A program made the position numbers and the translations under genes. Under the pieces are notes generated by a model. The model made no database searches. It saw nothing but the letters and a program-made list of their open reading frames with translations, and was not told the origin of the DNA. A DNA stretch of 62,705 nt, filler included. It is 10 parts of 10 records of this genome, joined end to end, with 100 filler letters (N's around TTAATTAATTAA, not from the genome) between each part and the next. Parts side by side here need not be neighbours in the genome. Positions count along the whole stretch, not along the records: positions 1 to 9,106 come from SRR15195285_2153; positions 9,207 to 12,373 come from SRR15195285_2159; 8 more parts are not named here. One strand, given 5' to 3'. Positions 1 to 11,944 of the stretch are shown in pieces; position 1 is the stretch's first letter; the number at the start of each line of letters is the position of its first letter.

Positions 1-1
1 G

Positions 2-3000
2 TGCACCGAACAACAGGGGTGCATTTACACAGCGCCAGTCTTCACACCAGCCAGTTGCGCTGGATATTTTGAGGCTAGTGCGGATGCTTATCCGGGCTCT
101 TGCACGAGTCTTTCCGGCTGTTCGTATGTTGCTGCGGTCCACGAAACTTATCCAACAACTCCAGTCTGCGACGTGCATTTTACCAACAAGCTTGCAAAAT
201 ATGACGGAAGCGGAAGTTTGGAAGCGATCGACCTGCATCGTGCTATCCCGGCGGATGCACTCGAGGAGTCCTGCTGGAAAGGGTGCGATTACACGCCTTT
301 CGTCGAAGATTATGTTCCAGTCTGTGACTTAGATGCAAACACCGATGGATCGATAGCCTGCCCATCGGGATGTACGTTCGTCGACGCGACAGGTTCTTGT
401 GGAGCAATAGGCATGGTGCAGTGCGGCCAAGTATGTGTGCCTGCAGCCAGTGCGACACCTGCATGCGAAGCTCATTTTGCGTCTGCGCTTCAGTGCTACA
501 TCGACCAGACGTCTGCAAGCAACTGTGAGGTGTTCTACGATGACGTGCCGAAGATGGCAGAACAGACCAGGATGTCAGACACCAACGTAGGAAATTTATG
601 CTGGAATGGGTGCGAATATGCGGCAGCTGTCGCCGAAAGCTTTCCAGCATGTGACCTGGACCCAAGCACAGATGCCGAGTTTGGCAATGAGTGCCCTCCC
701 GGGTGCACGTTAATTACTGCAGATCAGTGCGACTCGTACAGCCGACTAGTGGTAGAGTATGAGCATGAGCGTTTTCGTGCAGACTGGCTGTGGACTGACG
801 ATACAGAGAATGATGACCACGTTTTCTGCCGGTTTGTCCGGACCATCCCCCCGGTGAAGCCGTCCGTGGTGGGAGACACTCTGGCCATCTCCGTTGATGA
901 AGACGGGCCGGAAACAGACTACGTTGTGCAACTTCTGTCGAAACCTCGCTATGACGTTATCGTTGAAGTAATTCCAGACCGACAGTTACTGGTCGAGCCG
1001 TCTGCTGTAGTTTTCACGCCGGACAACTGGGAGGCAGGAGCAATTATCCGCGTCGCAGCTGTCAGTGACTTCATGGTAGACTTCACGCACCACGGCTCCA
1101 TATCACACGCCTTTACCAGCAGGGACGCATTTTATCAACGCTTTGAAACGGGATCCGTCAACGCGCTCATAGAGGACAACGGCAAGTTTTCACCTGGGGT
1201 GGTGGCTCGGCCATACACTGTATTGGGGTGCAGTGATCCCAGCGCTTTCAATTACCTTCCGCAGACGACGCTCAATTACACTTGCATCGCAAGAAGCTTT
1301 GGCTGCACAGATTACACTGCCATCAATTACGACATCAGCGCAAATACCGACAACAGCAACTGCACTGCAAGAGTTGACGGCTGTACCGAACCCGCGGCAT
1401 ATAATTACGATCCAAATGCGACACACAACGAGGACGGGCTCAACGCGTGTATCTACGACATTTGTCTTGCGGGTGTGCATAATTGTTCAGTAGCTGCAAC
1501 TTGTACATTCTTGGGTGACGAACTCTTCACGTGTGCGTGCAACCCCGGATATATGGGCGATGGGTACGAATGTAAGCCCACCAAGGAAGGTTGCATTGAT
1601 GAAGAAGCATATAATTTTGATCCAAATGCGACTTTGATGCTCGAAGACAGCTGTATTCCTCGGCGCTATGGCTGCATCAACGACACAATGTTCAATTTCA
1701 ACGCATCAGCAAACACAGACAGCGAAACGGAATCGTTTTGTATTCCCAAGGTTTTCGGCTGCACAGATCCGATTGCGTTAAACGCCGACCCAACCGTAAA
1801 CGTAGACGATGGGTCTTGCCAGGATGCGCACATAGCGACGTTGGGCGTACAGACTGGGACTTTTGCGAACGAAGTTTCATGGGCTCTTTTAAATCCAGTC
1901 GGTGAGGAAGTTGAAGAGGCGTGCACGGCGGTTCGAGGAAGTCCTCCGCCACTTGGGACCCAGCCCATCTACCAGGGCGACGATGGGGTGTGCTTCGCTG
2001 CTGATGCAGCGGCTGGACTTTCAGGTTGCGAACTTATTTCGCCCATCTACGGCAGTGGAAGTGGTTGCCAGCCTAGCTACTCCGACACGACGAACTACTC
2101 GTACTCCATCCCTATTTCAGCTGGCACCTACACCTTCAAGGCAATCAATCACCGTGGGTTTTACGGCTGGTCGGGGACTGTCGTGACAGTGACGCGCACC
2201 GACGGTAGTAAAATCTTTGAGGAAATGCCGCTGCTTGGCGATTGGATGGTGAACGAGTTCACTTTCGCTGTGGATTGCACTGAGCATGAGCACTGCACAG
2301 AGTTCTACAATCATACCTACTGCGACCTGGACCATCAATGCTCAGACTGCAAAGCATGTTTCAACGATCGCCACGGCGTGCCCAGGCTGAACTCTACAGG
2401 TTTAACTTCGACAGATGGTGCTTGCCCAGCCGACTGCTTGGTTCTGTCAAGACCAGGCTGTGTAGACCCAACTGCCGCCAACTTTGATCCTTCCGCGAGT
2501 GTCGACGACGGCAGCTGCGTTCCAGGTAAACGGGGCTGCATGGATTCAGACGCGTCCAACTATGATCCGGAAGCAAACATCAACGTGGGTGTGTGCATTC
2601 CGGTCATCTACGGCTGTAACCTCATGGAGACTGCAGATGGTTACCCGACTCACAACTACAACCCCGTAGCAAACACGCACGATGGAAGCTGTGAGGCAAT
2701 TGTCGGTGGTTGCATAGATCCGGCAGCTGACAACTATCTCGTCCCTTCAACACCGATGCTGCTCTCGCGCGGCCGGCCGACAAGATCGATGTCGCAATTC
2801 ACATCTGACACGGGCCCAGAGAAGGCAGTTGATGGGGATACACGGCGATGGTGGCCCAACCTTTTCCAAGCGGGAGGCAACGGGGGCTATCAGTGGTGGT
2901 ACGTGCATCTGGCATATCCGACATCCAATCCTACTATCCGGCTATATAATCGTGACTGCTGCATGGGAGATTTCAACTCTGAGCTGGAAATAAGGCTGAG

Positions 3001-6000
3001 CCCCACGGATGTGCTTGCTGACGCGGTTTTGTGCGAGAAGCTCCGGCTGCTGCAGCCCTCTACTGACGTGGATCTCAGCTGCGATGGCTTGTATGGGGAG
3101 TACGTGTTCGTTGCAGCGTTCGGTTGGATGTCGTTTGCTGAAATAGAAGTGACTGGGGTGCCGGATATCCCTGCGAATGTCGATGCTGGCACGTGTACGT
3201 ACAGTCCGCATCCGTGTCCCGATATGATTACAGCCGCACCTGTTGCAGCGATTGACGCCAGCAGACCAGCTGGTGGCGATACTGTTACTCTTGCTGAACC
3301 GGACCCGTCCATTTTGCATGGGCAGACACTCCAGGTAGCCGATGCCCCCGCTACCTGTATGGACCCTGGAACTGTCTGTGCCTCGGCCGTCGGAGAGTGC
3401 CCTCCAGGGTGCAGCGGCACCCCTGGCGCTTGCACTGGTCGTGCAACGTGTTCGTTTAACGTTGTGCTGTGCAGCGGCGAAGCGACACCTGTAGCCGCTA
3501 CGTGCGGCACTGGAACTGATATGGACGGCGATCAGTGCAAGGTGAATGCAGCCGGTGATGATTGCGAAAGTCTGACTGGCTCGTGCAGTTTCGTCGCCGG
3601 GTTCACCCCAACGTGTGACCTTGATGCCACTACAGACTCAAGTGCCATATGCCCACTTGGCTGCGACGCCGGGTTGGGGGGATTGGCAGTCGACTGCCCG
3701 GGCGAGTGTTCGTACACGTCGGGCCGAAGCTGCCAAGCTACCCCGAAGCACACAGACCTGGTCGTCTCAGGCATGAGCGAAGATTCGACTGTGATCACAT
3801 TTGCTACCGATTTGACCGCATCGGATGGAAGTGCAAGCTCGAGCTGCGTGATCACCAGATCTGAACAAGTTCCAGAATTAGCCAGGTCGTGGGGTGAGAT
3901 CACGGCTGCCGCTGTGGGTGCTGCGATCGACGCAACACCGGCACTGGGCAGTGACACCATCACTCTCGCTTCCGGAGACGCAAGCATCCGGACCGGTCAG
4001 CGAGTTCAACTCGTAGATGCGAGACCTGTCGCTACCTGTAGAGACCCGGGGACTGCGTGTGCTGCGGCCGTAGGCGAGTGTCCCCCAGGATGCACCGGAA
4101 CGGCTGGGGCCTGCACCGGAACTGCCACGTGCGCACTGGGTAGTCGTGGTCTTGAGGAGGACTGCCTTGCAGGCTGCACATTCAGTGGTGCGCAGCTCTG
4201 TGCGGCTGCTCCTAAGTACACAGACTTGGTCGTTGCTTACATCAGTGACGATTGGTCTGTGCTAACTCTATCCACCGACCTGACAGCGTCCGATGCAAGC
4301 GCAAGTACGAATTGCGTCGTGAGACGCGAAGCGCACACGTCGCCCACAGCATGCGTGGATGACGCTGTCTGCAGCATGATCTCCGCGAATGCAACTTGCA
4401 CGTGCAATGCTGGGCTGACTGGAACTGGTAAGCCCATGCCTCAGGGCTACGAATGCCCGCCAGGAGCAAATGTCACATATGCGCCTTCCAACATCTCACA
4501 GGCAAACGACACAGGATCATGGAGTGATAGCGAGTCTGACTCGAGCTCATGGTCCGAGTATTCGGATGACCCAGAACCAGAGGACACGACTTGCCGCCTT
4601 GGACATCCCGGGTTGGATGGCCAGTGGTGCCCAGTTGTGACTCACGGCTGCGTCCCGGTGGTTGCGGGATGCATGGATTCATGTGCTCTCAATTACAACA
4701 GCTCTGCTACGCAGGATGATGGTAGCTGCGTGATTTGCACTCCAAGTGGCAAGTTTTGCTATATCGGAAAACACGTCTTGGGATGCACTGATGAGCTCGC
4801 CAGCAACTTCAACAAGTACGCAACGCGAGACGACCAGACGTGTCAGCCAGCTATTCTTGGCTGCATGGACATACATGCACACAACTACCTGGCAAATGCG
4901 ACAGTAGATGATGGGTCGTGCCTTGATCCATGTACTCGCAATGCGACTGGCCACAAGGTCAACGCATGCTTGGCCGACACTGCAGTCTGTGATGCCCAGC
5001 CTTTTGGCAATACCACGTGTAGGTGCATTGATGGCTACGTGGGGGACGGGACAGAGGCATGCGAGGTCGCTGTTCCAGGCTGCACCCAAGTCGGTATGTT
5101 CAACTTTGACCCAGACGCGAACATTCCAACGAACGAAACCAATGGAGGATGTGTCCCTGTCACCCCAGGCTGCATTGACCGACGGGCAAACAACTTCAAT
5201 GCTACTGCAAATGTCGATGATGGACTCTGCATCATAAATCCGTGCCTAGATGGCTCACACGGGTGCTCGAAGTTTGCGGAATGCATTATCAGTGGCCCAG
5301 TCACAACTCGGTGCGAGTGCAGAAGTGGTTATATGCGGAACAGCAGTGATCTAGATAATCGCGGCGATGCTGCTTGTCTGGCAATCATTCGAGGATGCAC
5401 TGATATCGAAGCTTTCAATTTCGAGCCACGTGCGAATGAAGACGATGGAAGTTGCGTGACCAAAATTTATGGCTGCACGGATTCCGATGCGTTCAACTTT
5501 GATTACAGGTCCAATACAGACGATGGAAGCTGCATCCCCACTGTTTCCGGCTGTACAGACTCAGTGGCAGCCAACTACGACCCTGCAGCGAATGTAGCAG
5601 CAGAGTGTTTGCCTGTCGTTTCCATCGCCGAAGGCAACTTGTCGCAGATCGGGAGCCTCCCAGTCAGGAACGGCGAAGTTGTTCACGTGAGCCTCCAGTC
5701 ACAGCCCCGCTCACCAGTCAATATCACAATCAGAATTGTGTACCTGGAAAACCTTACGCTTGCAGAGAAACCTGCAGACCCAGCAATTTGTGCGGAAGCT
5801 GCATATCGCCCCTGTCCTGCTGGGTGTGCGAGCGGAGACCGAGACGGTGCTGATCTCTGTATTGGCGAAGCGACAACCTACGTACACTGGCAGGTCGAAA
5901 ACCAGCTGGCCATTGAGCCATCAACATTCACGTTTTATGGTGCTGACGACTGCAGCCCCCACAATTCAGCATTTTGTGACTGGAATACATCCGTGCCAGT

Positions 6001-9000
6001 TGTTGTGTCTCCAGTCCATGACCTCGTTGACGAGGACCGCTACTTTTTCAGAATGCAGGTATTCGGCGAGAGCGAAGATCCTCTATATCACGGCTTGCTT
6101 GAAGAGAAAACAACGTTTGTGCTTTACGACAACGATGTCGCTGCAGTTCTAATGACACCAACCTCAGACAACATTGACTCTATCACTGAAACTGACGACA
6201 CCGTGCACTTCACTATCACTCTGGCTACGCAACCGATGGACACTGTGGTGGTTCTACTATCAGCTGATGAGTCTACCATCATTCTGAGTCCAGCGCCGAA
6301 CTGTACATTTACTACTTCGAACTGGAACCAGACATTTGAGTTTGAAGCTGTTGCAGTCTTTGACGAAATCGATGAAGGAGATATCGTGTACGCGCCAATA
6401 CAATCCACCATAATCACTCAGGACTACAAGTATAGTCGAATTCCGATCCCTGTACTGAGGCTGCGAATCATTGATGACGACGATGCTTTTGTACTGCTGT
6501 CGAGTTCGTTTCTGGACATCTCTGAAGATGGCGGCAACGCAAACTTTACGATGAGGTTGTCCTCTCAGCCTACTGCTGAGGTGACGATCACTTTGTTCGA
6601 TGACGATCAGTTGGCAGTGTTTCCTGAACAGATTGTCTTCTCAGCAGACACATGGCGGATTCCACAGACGGTAACCTTGGCTGCAGTGGACGATCTGGTG
6701 GCCGAGGACGAGCACGTCGGACACGTGTCATGGAGAATGGAGAGCCGCGATAGTTTTTATAACGGGGTATATTGGTTTTTATGCGCAGAGTCTATGGGAT
6801 GCGAGTCGGAAAATCCGACCACGTTCGGTGCTGGTCTAGTCGGTGTCTCTGTGAATCGAATAGAAGCCACGATCGCTGACAATGATGTGGCGTCGGTTGG
6901 CATGACACCCTCAGTGACTGAAATCCAGGAATGCCGTGAACCAGCAGTGGCAACCTTGTCGCTCACGTCTGAGCCAACAGCAGAGGTCTCCGTAACTATT
7001 GACTTCTATCACACCGACAGGCTCGGTCCAGAGGTATGCGAAGCACTTGGAGCGTTCGAGCTGTGTTATAGCATTGATTCGTGCGTCCCGATAGGATGGC
7101 CTTGTGTTTTTGTCTCCCCATTTGGACGTGATTTGGCGTTATCTCCAGCCTACTTAGCTTTCGACGCGACGGCATGGGTCAATGCGACTGTTGAGGTTGC
7201 TATTGCTTTGGACTTTTTGACCGAGGACACGTCGCTCTACAGGTTGGAGTATGCGTTGAGCTCGCAAGATTCATTCTATGACGGCATGATGGGCCAGGGA
7301 ACTCTAGTTGTTGCGCACGACGATGACGTACCAGGGCTGGATGTGTCCGTCACTTACACATCAGTTGATTCATGCGTCGTACCGCGTGCTGCACGTCCGG
7401 AGGTGCTTGTTGCGGAGGATGGCACCACAGCGGTCTACTTCCTGAGGCTTGTAGCGCAGCCAGCTAGCCCCGTGGTGGTAACGATGGGTTTCAACGAGCA
7501 GATCACTGTAACCCCAAGCTATGTGGTCTTCACACAGGACGACTGGTCAGAGGGACGCGAGGTCGTCGTCGCCGCAGTAGACGATTTCATTGAAGAGCAA
7601 CACAACACTAGTGTCATTATGCATTCGATGACTAGCGACGATGTCCTGTACGATGGATTGGCGGCACCACAAATGGGGGTAACAATCGTCGACAATGATG
7701 TTTCGGGTATCAGGGCCTGGTCCGATGGTACTATTTCTACACAGTTTGGTATGGTACTTCCAGTTGCCGAAGGGGTGCCGTCGTATTCAGTCTCACTGAC
7801 GTTGACATCCGAGCCGACGTCAACGGTAGTCGTCGAGACCTCGCTTGCCAAGGTGGCATCGGACCAGTGCGTTGGAGAACCCCGCATATGCAGTGAAAAC
7901 ACTGTACGATACCAGCGCGAGCAGGTACTAGCTGACCCGCTGGTTTTGACTTTCACGCCATCTACGTGGAACATTCCGTCAACTTTTACTCTTGCTGGGG
8001 TGCAAGACTCGGTGGACGAGCCAGCACTGTTCTACGAGATCGTTCATAGGATTGTCGGTTTGCCAGAACCCGAGTGTGACTATCAGGGATGCGAAAGTTT
8101 GGCACCACAAGGATTGTGGAAGAGCTGTGGCGGCAGTTCTTGCGTACTACGGTCTGAGTGTGCCACGGGCTGCCCGGATACTGTATATAACGGTATGCGA
8201 CGAACGTCATTATTCATTATGGTGCGAGACGACGATCGTGCTCAGGTGATCATATCAGATCCTGCAGTCTCAATTTACGAATCCGGTTCGAACGTATGCA
8301 GGCTTGCTGGCTGTGAGATGTTGGCACCACACGGCGCATGGGAGATGTGCGACAGCACCTGTGTTCCGCGTGGAGAATGTTTGTATGCTGGGGCCTGCCC
8401 GAACTCTTACCACGTAGTGCTGGCGACGCAACCCCTCAGAAGCAATGTCAACGTTTACATTTTCTCTGACCAACTGAAAGCGACTGTGGCGCCAGCACAG
8501 CTCACATTTACTGTCGACAACTGGGACATTCCGCAACAAGTAATCGTGTACGCGGCTGACAACGCCGTTGACGAGGGCTTCTCTCACCGCACGACACTGC
8601 GGCATGCCGTCTTGTCAGGTGACTCAATGTACGATAAAATCTTGATCCCAGATGTTGATGTCGTAATATTCGACAACGATGCTGCGGGAGTTAGGCTCTC
8701 GGGAAGGTCGATTGTAGTGAGTGAGGGTGGCGACACATCGACTTATGCGGTTGCACTGAATTCAGAGCCCACAGCTGAAGTGATGGTCCAGCTGTTGGTG
8801 AGCACTGCAAACAATGAACGCTGCGATGGTGTTGCGGATGTAGTTCCAGGCTGGTGCATCCACGCAAGTGGCGTTGTGTTGCTTGCAACCAACGAGCATG
8901 ATTGCATTTCCGGGAGCATGCTGCATCCACGTGGGGCTTGGATGCCCGCTCAGCAGCCGACCTGCGACCTGGACACAGCTACAGATGACACTGCAGAGTG

Positions 9001-9106
9001 TCCTGCTGGCTGCATGTACGAACAGTGGAGTGAGTCCGACCAAATCATTCTTGAGCAGCGCACCTTAGTGTTCAATGCATCGACGTGGAATTTGCCGCAG
9101 CAGGTC
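2..9106 (+). CDS. Giant Cys-rich extracellular adhesin-like protein (partial at both ends, >3030 aa, intronless): ~18 GCxD..A.N[YF]...A..DDGSC repeats, 4 EGF-like domains, F-type lectin (FTP)-like domain, ~9 Calx-beta/Ig-like domains
   Basis: Frame is open from base 2 (CTEQQGC...) to the N spacer, so the ORF-track start at 173 is an internal GTG. Repeats such as GCTDPIALNADPTVNVDDGSC; EGF ICLAGVHNCSVAATC..CACNPGYMGDGYEC; FTP-like AVDGD..WWYVHL..IRLYNRDCC..FAEIEV; Calx-beta-like V.E.G...Y.V.L.SQP...L.F...NW..PQ.V.V.A.DD..E...S.D..Y...I.DND. Confidence 0.85.
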
Positions 9107-9206
9107 NNNNNNNNNNNNNNNNNNNNNNNNNNNNNNNNNNNNNNNNNNNNTTAATTAATTAANNNNNNNNNNNNNNNNNNNNNNNNNNNNNNNNNNNNNN
9201 NNNNNN
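9107..9206. other. Artificial contig spacer N44-TTAATTAATTAA-N44
   Basis: 100 nt with a six-frame stop 12-mer flanked by Ns; identical at 9 sites. Confidence 0.99.
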
Positions 9207-9305
9207 GTCGTAGCCGCTGTGTGAGAATCAACCCGGAGCCGTCGGATGATGGCGATCTGGGCGGGGCGGGGGTGAGCGCACCGCGGGCTTGTGTCTGGTG
9301 GTGCG

Positions 9306-10468
9306 ATGGGGGCGCTGAGCACGCTTGCAGTGCTGGCGGCGGCCGTGGTTCTGGGTGGGATGGCGCTGCTGTACGGCGTGGAGGAGCAGACGATGCGGCG
9401 CTTTCTGGAGGACGGCGAGAACGATGGGGAGGATGACGATGCGCTGGCTGGCTGCACGATCGAGAAAGTCGGCTGCTTCACCGTGCGTTGCTCGGGCTCG
9501 CTTGATATTCGTACAGCGGTGCCGCGTGCCAGAGCTGTGCTGCCCCGCACTGTCCTAAGGCCACTGACGTCGCTGCTGTGCCTGCACAGGACGGCTGTGA
9601 CGGGCAGGAGTGCCGAAGTCTACAGTACGGCGTGGACGGATGTTCGGGTCCGGGCACCACGCCCGCACCCACCCCTAGTCCCGCGTGCGATCAGCCCAGC
9701 CTCACGAACGAGCTTTGCGGCCAGTACTGCTTCGAGTGGCTAAGCGGGCTCAGCGCCGAGATTTGGGCCGGCACAAACAACGGCGAGTGCTACTGTGATA
9801 CTGAGTACACTCCGGGTGGTGACGACAATGGACAGTGTGCCGTCGAGTGCCCCGAGTCCACCAGTGGCTGCGACCAGCCGTGTGCTGGAGATCCGACAGA
9901 GGATTGTGGCGGCGCGTGGTTCAACCAGATCGTGAAGGTCTCGTGCGGCGGGTGGTCGTGGGCGTGGCCGTTCATCTACGGCTTCGGTGGCCTGACCGTC
10001 GGGTATATCGTGCTTGGAACGGCATTTAACATGAGCACGGGCAAGAACGAGCTACCGAACGCAGGTTTCTGGAGAATTCTAGGTGGCCTCGTCAACGATG
10101 GTATGGCTTACACGATGGGGCACAACTCGGGCGCGGACGCTTACAAGCCGATACCCCCCTCGGAAGCGTTTGTACCGCAGCAGCAGATTGTACCACCGCA
10201 ACAGCAACAGCAGCAGGCCATTTTGACCGGAACGCCGTATGCTCAAGCGGTGGTGCAACCGATGGGCTCTGCTGTGGTGGTTGCAGAATCACCAAGCTCT
10301 GGGGAGAGAAGGAAGAAGAAGAAGGTGCGGTCGAGCAGCCGCGGTGAAGAAGGGGGCGAGAGCAAGTCAAGACGAAAGAAGAAAGATGGTGGCGAGGGCG
10401 GGAAGGAGAAAAAGATGAGGAAGAAGAAGAAGCCAGCACACCCCGGGCCAGTTTCAGGTATGGAATGA
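9306..10468 (+). CDS. WSC-domain membrane protein with M6P-receptor/ATG27-like TM and juxtamembrane segment; exons 9306-9482, 9590-10468
   Basis: Hydrophobic N-terminus. Intron 9483-9589 (GTGCGT...CACTGAC...CACAG, phase 0) restores the WSC start GCFT|DG. WSC Cys pattern LTNELCGQYC..GECYC..CAGDPTEDCGG; TM followed by LPNAGFWRILGGLVNDG; Lys-rich tail. Confidence 0.75.
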
Positions 10469-10573
10469 ACACGCACTGGTGGTTCTCTTGTGCTGGTGGC
10501 GTTTTTGGTCTGCTCTTGTCAAAATGGGCATTGCAACAACTACGCTCCGCCGGCAGTACAGCATCGGTGGTCC

Positions 10574-11944
10574 CTAGCCTGTTTCTTTCTTTCCAGCCTT
10601 TGCTGCGGCTTGTGCTAGCTTCTTGTAGAGCGCAACTATCTCGTGCGTGTTCCTATTCAGCTGCTGGATTTTTTTCTCCGCTTGCACAAGGCTTTCCTTC
10701 TGCTTTGCTTTCGACTTGGACTTCTCCTGCTGGTGCTTATCGATGTCGACCACAAGCTGCTCGTTCTCCTCAAGCAACTCATCCACCTGGTTGAACGCCG
10801 CGCGAGTGGTCTCAACGGTGCACACTCAACGAGAACATCTGTATAGAATGAGAACCAGAGCATACCTCGGTAAATTCCGGGATGGCTCGCCGAACTCTAG
10901 ACTCTAGCTCAGCGAGTTTGCTTCGCTTCGCTGAAGGGGCACCTTCGTCAGCTGTTCACACGCGCCCAAGCAAACGCACAGCGTTAGTTGCGTTCACACC
11001 TATGCTGAACTATTTGGCAGGCGCGCATACGCACTGCCCTGTGACGGAGCAGGCCGCTTTCCCATGTTGCGCGTCGATGGTCGAGCCTTTGAATCGGCCG
11101 ACGCAGCAGCCGGCGGGTCCGCCGACATGCTCTGTTCTACTGAAGTGGCGGCACCACCTGGCGTGTTGGCGTCGGCCACCATTGACACCATAGCGTCAAC
11201 GCGCGCGCTAACAGCGTCAGCCCCGTCGCCTCCCCCTGCTGGCAAAGCCGCTGGTGAGTTATCCGCCTGTACCCCATTGGAGTCGTCAGAACTAGCAGCA
11301 TCGGTACCAGCCTCAGCCTCGGCAGCAACACTGATCTCTGCCGTATCTATCTTGCCTGATGTCGTATTCGCAGCAGTGATTTCGTCGCTGGACAACTCTG
11401 CAGGCGCTGTAGCCGCCGCAGCCGAAGAAGCGACGGTGAGAGCAGCGTCACCCGAGTTCCCGTCGGCGGCGGAGGGCTGAGCAGCGCCAGGAGAAGAGCC
11501 CAGAGTGTCACCGGGTGCGCTACCTTCGCCGGCGGATGGGGCAGCGGCGACGGACTCCGACGAAGATGCGGGGGCGCCGCCAGACATGCTACCTTCGTCG
11601 GTTTTTAAAGCTGCGGCGGGAGACTCAGCGGATGTCTTGACTTCGGCTGCGGTGGGAACAGCGGACGAAGACGACGAGGCGGATGCAACACCGTCCGCAG
11701 CGGAGGGGATAGTGGCCAGCCCAGCGCTCGGAGCCTCTTGAGGGTTACTATGGGGAGCAACGCTCAGTGTGGCTGCGGGGCCCGCATCGGAGACTGCGGC
11801 GGAGCTGCTGCTGTCTTTTACAGCAGCGGGCTCGGCAGGACATGATGGGGTCGACGCCACAGCCGCTTCCATTTGGGTCGGCTCCGCTACTGCAGGCGCA
11901 GGCACACTCTGAGCTGCTGCCGCGGGCTCTGGGTCGGACGACAT
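10574..11944 (-). CDS. Putative nuclear protein: Ala/Ser-rich disordered N-terminus, bipartite NLS, C-terminal ELF4 (DUF1313)-like helical domain; exons 11944-11035, 10951-10866, 10810-10574
   Basis: Intron 11034-10952 (GTGCGT..CTAAC..ACAG) joins in frame to give KRPAPSQGTDEGAPSAKRSK. Second donor GAG|GTATGC at 10865 needs a GAG acceptor at 10811 (less certain). Last exon FNQVDELLEENEQLVVDIDKHQ...IQQLNRNTHEIVALYKKL. Confidence 0.6.

Noticed and set aside
9151-9162. TTAATTAATTAA repeated nine times as a biological repeat or CRISPR-like array
   Set aside because: Always centred in exactly 44+44 Ns and gives stops in all six frames; it is a synthetic contig joiner.
10839-10865. 27-nt mini-intron GTATGC...TACAG
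   Set aside because: Splicing it gives a stop after 8 codons and loses the conserved-looking last exon; kept only as a possible alternative product.
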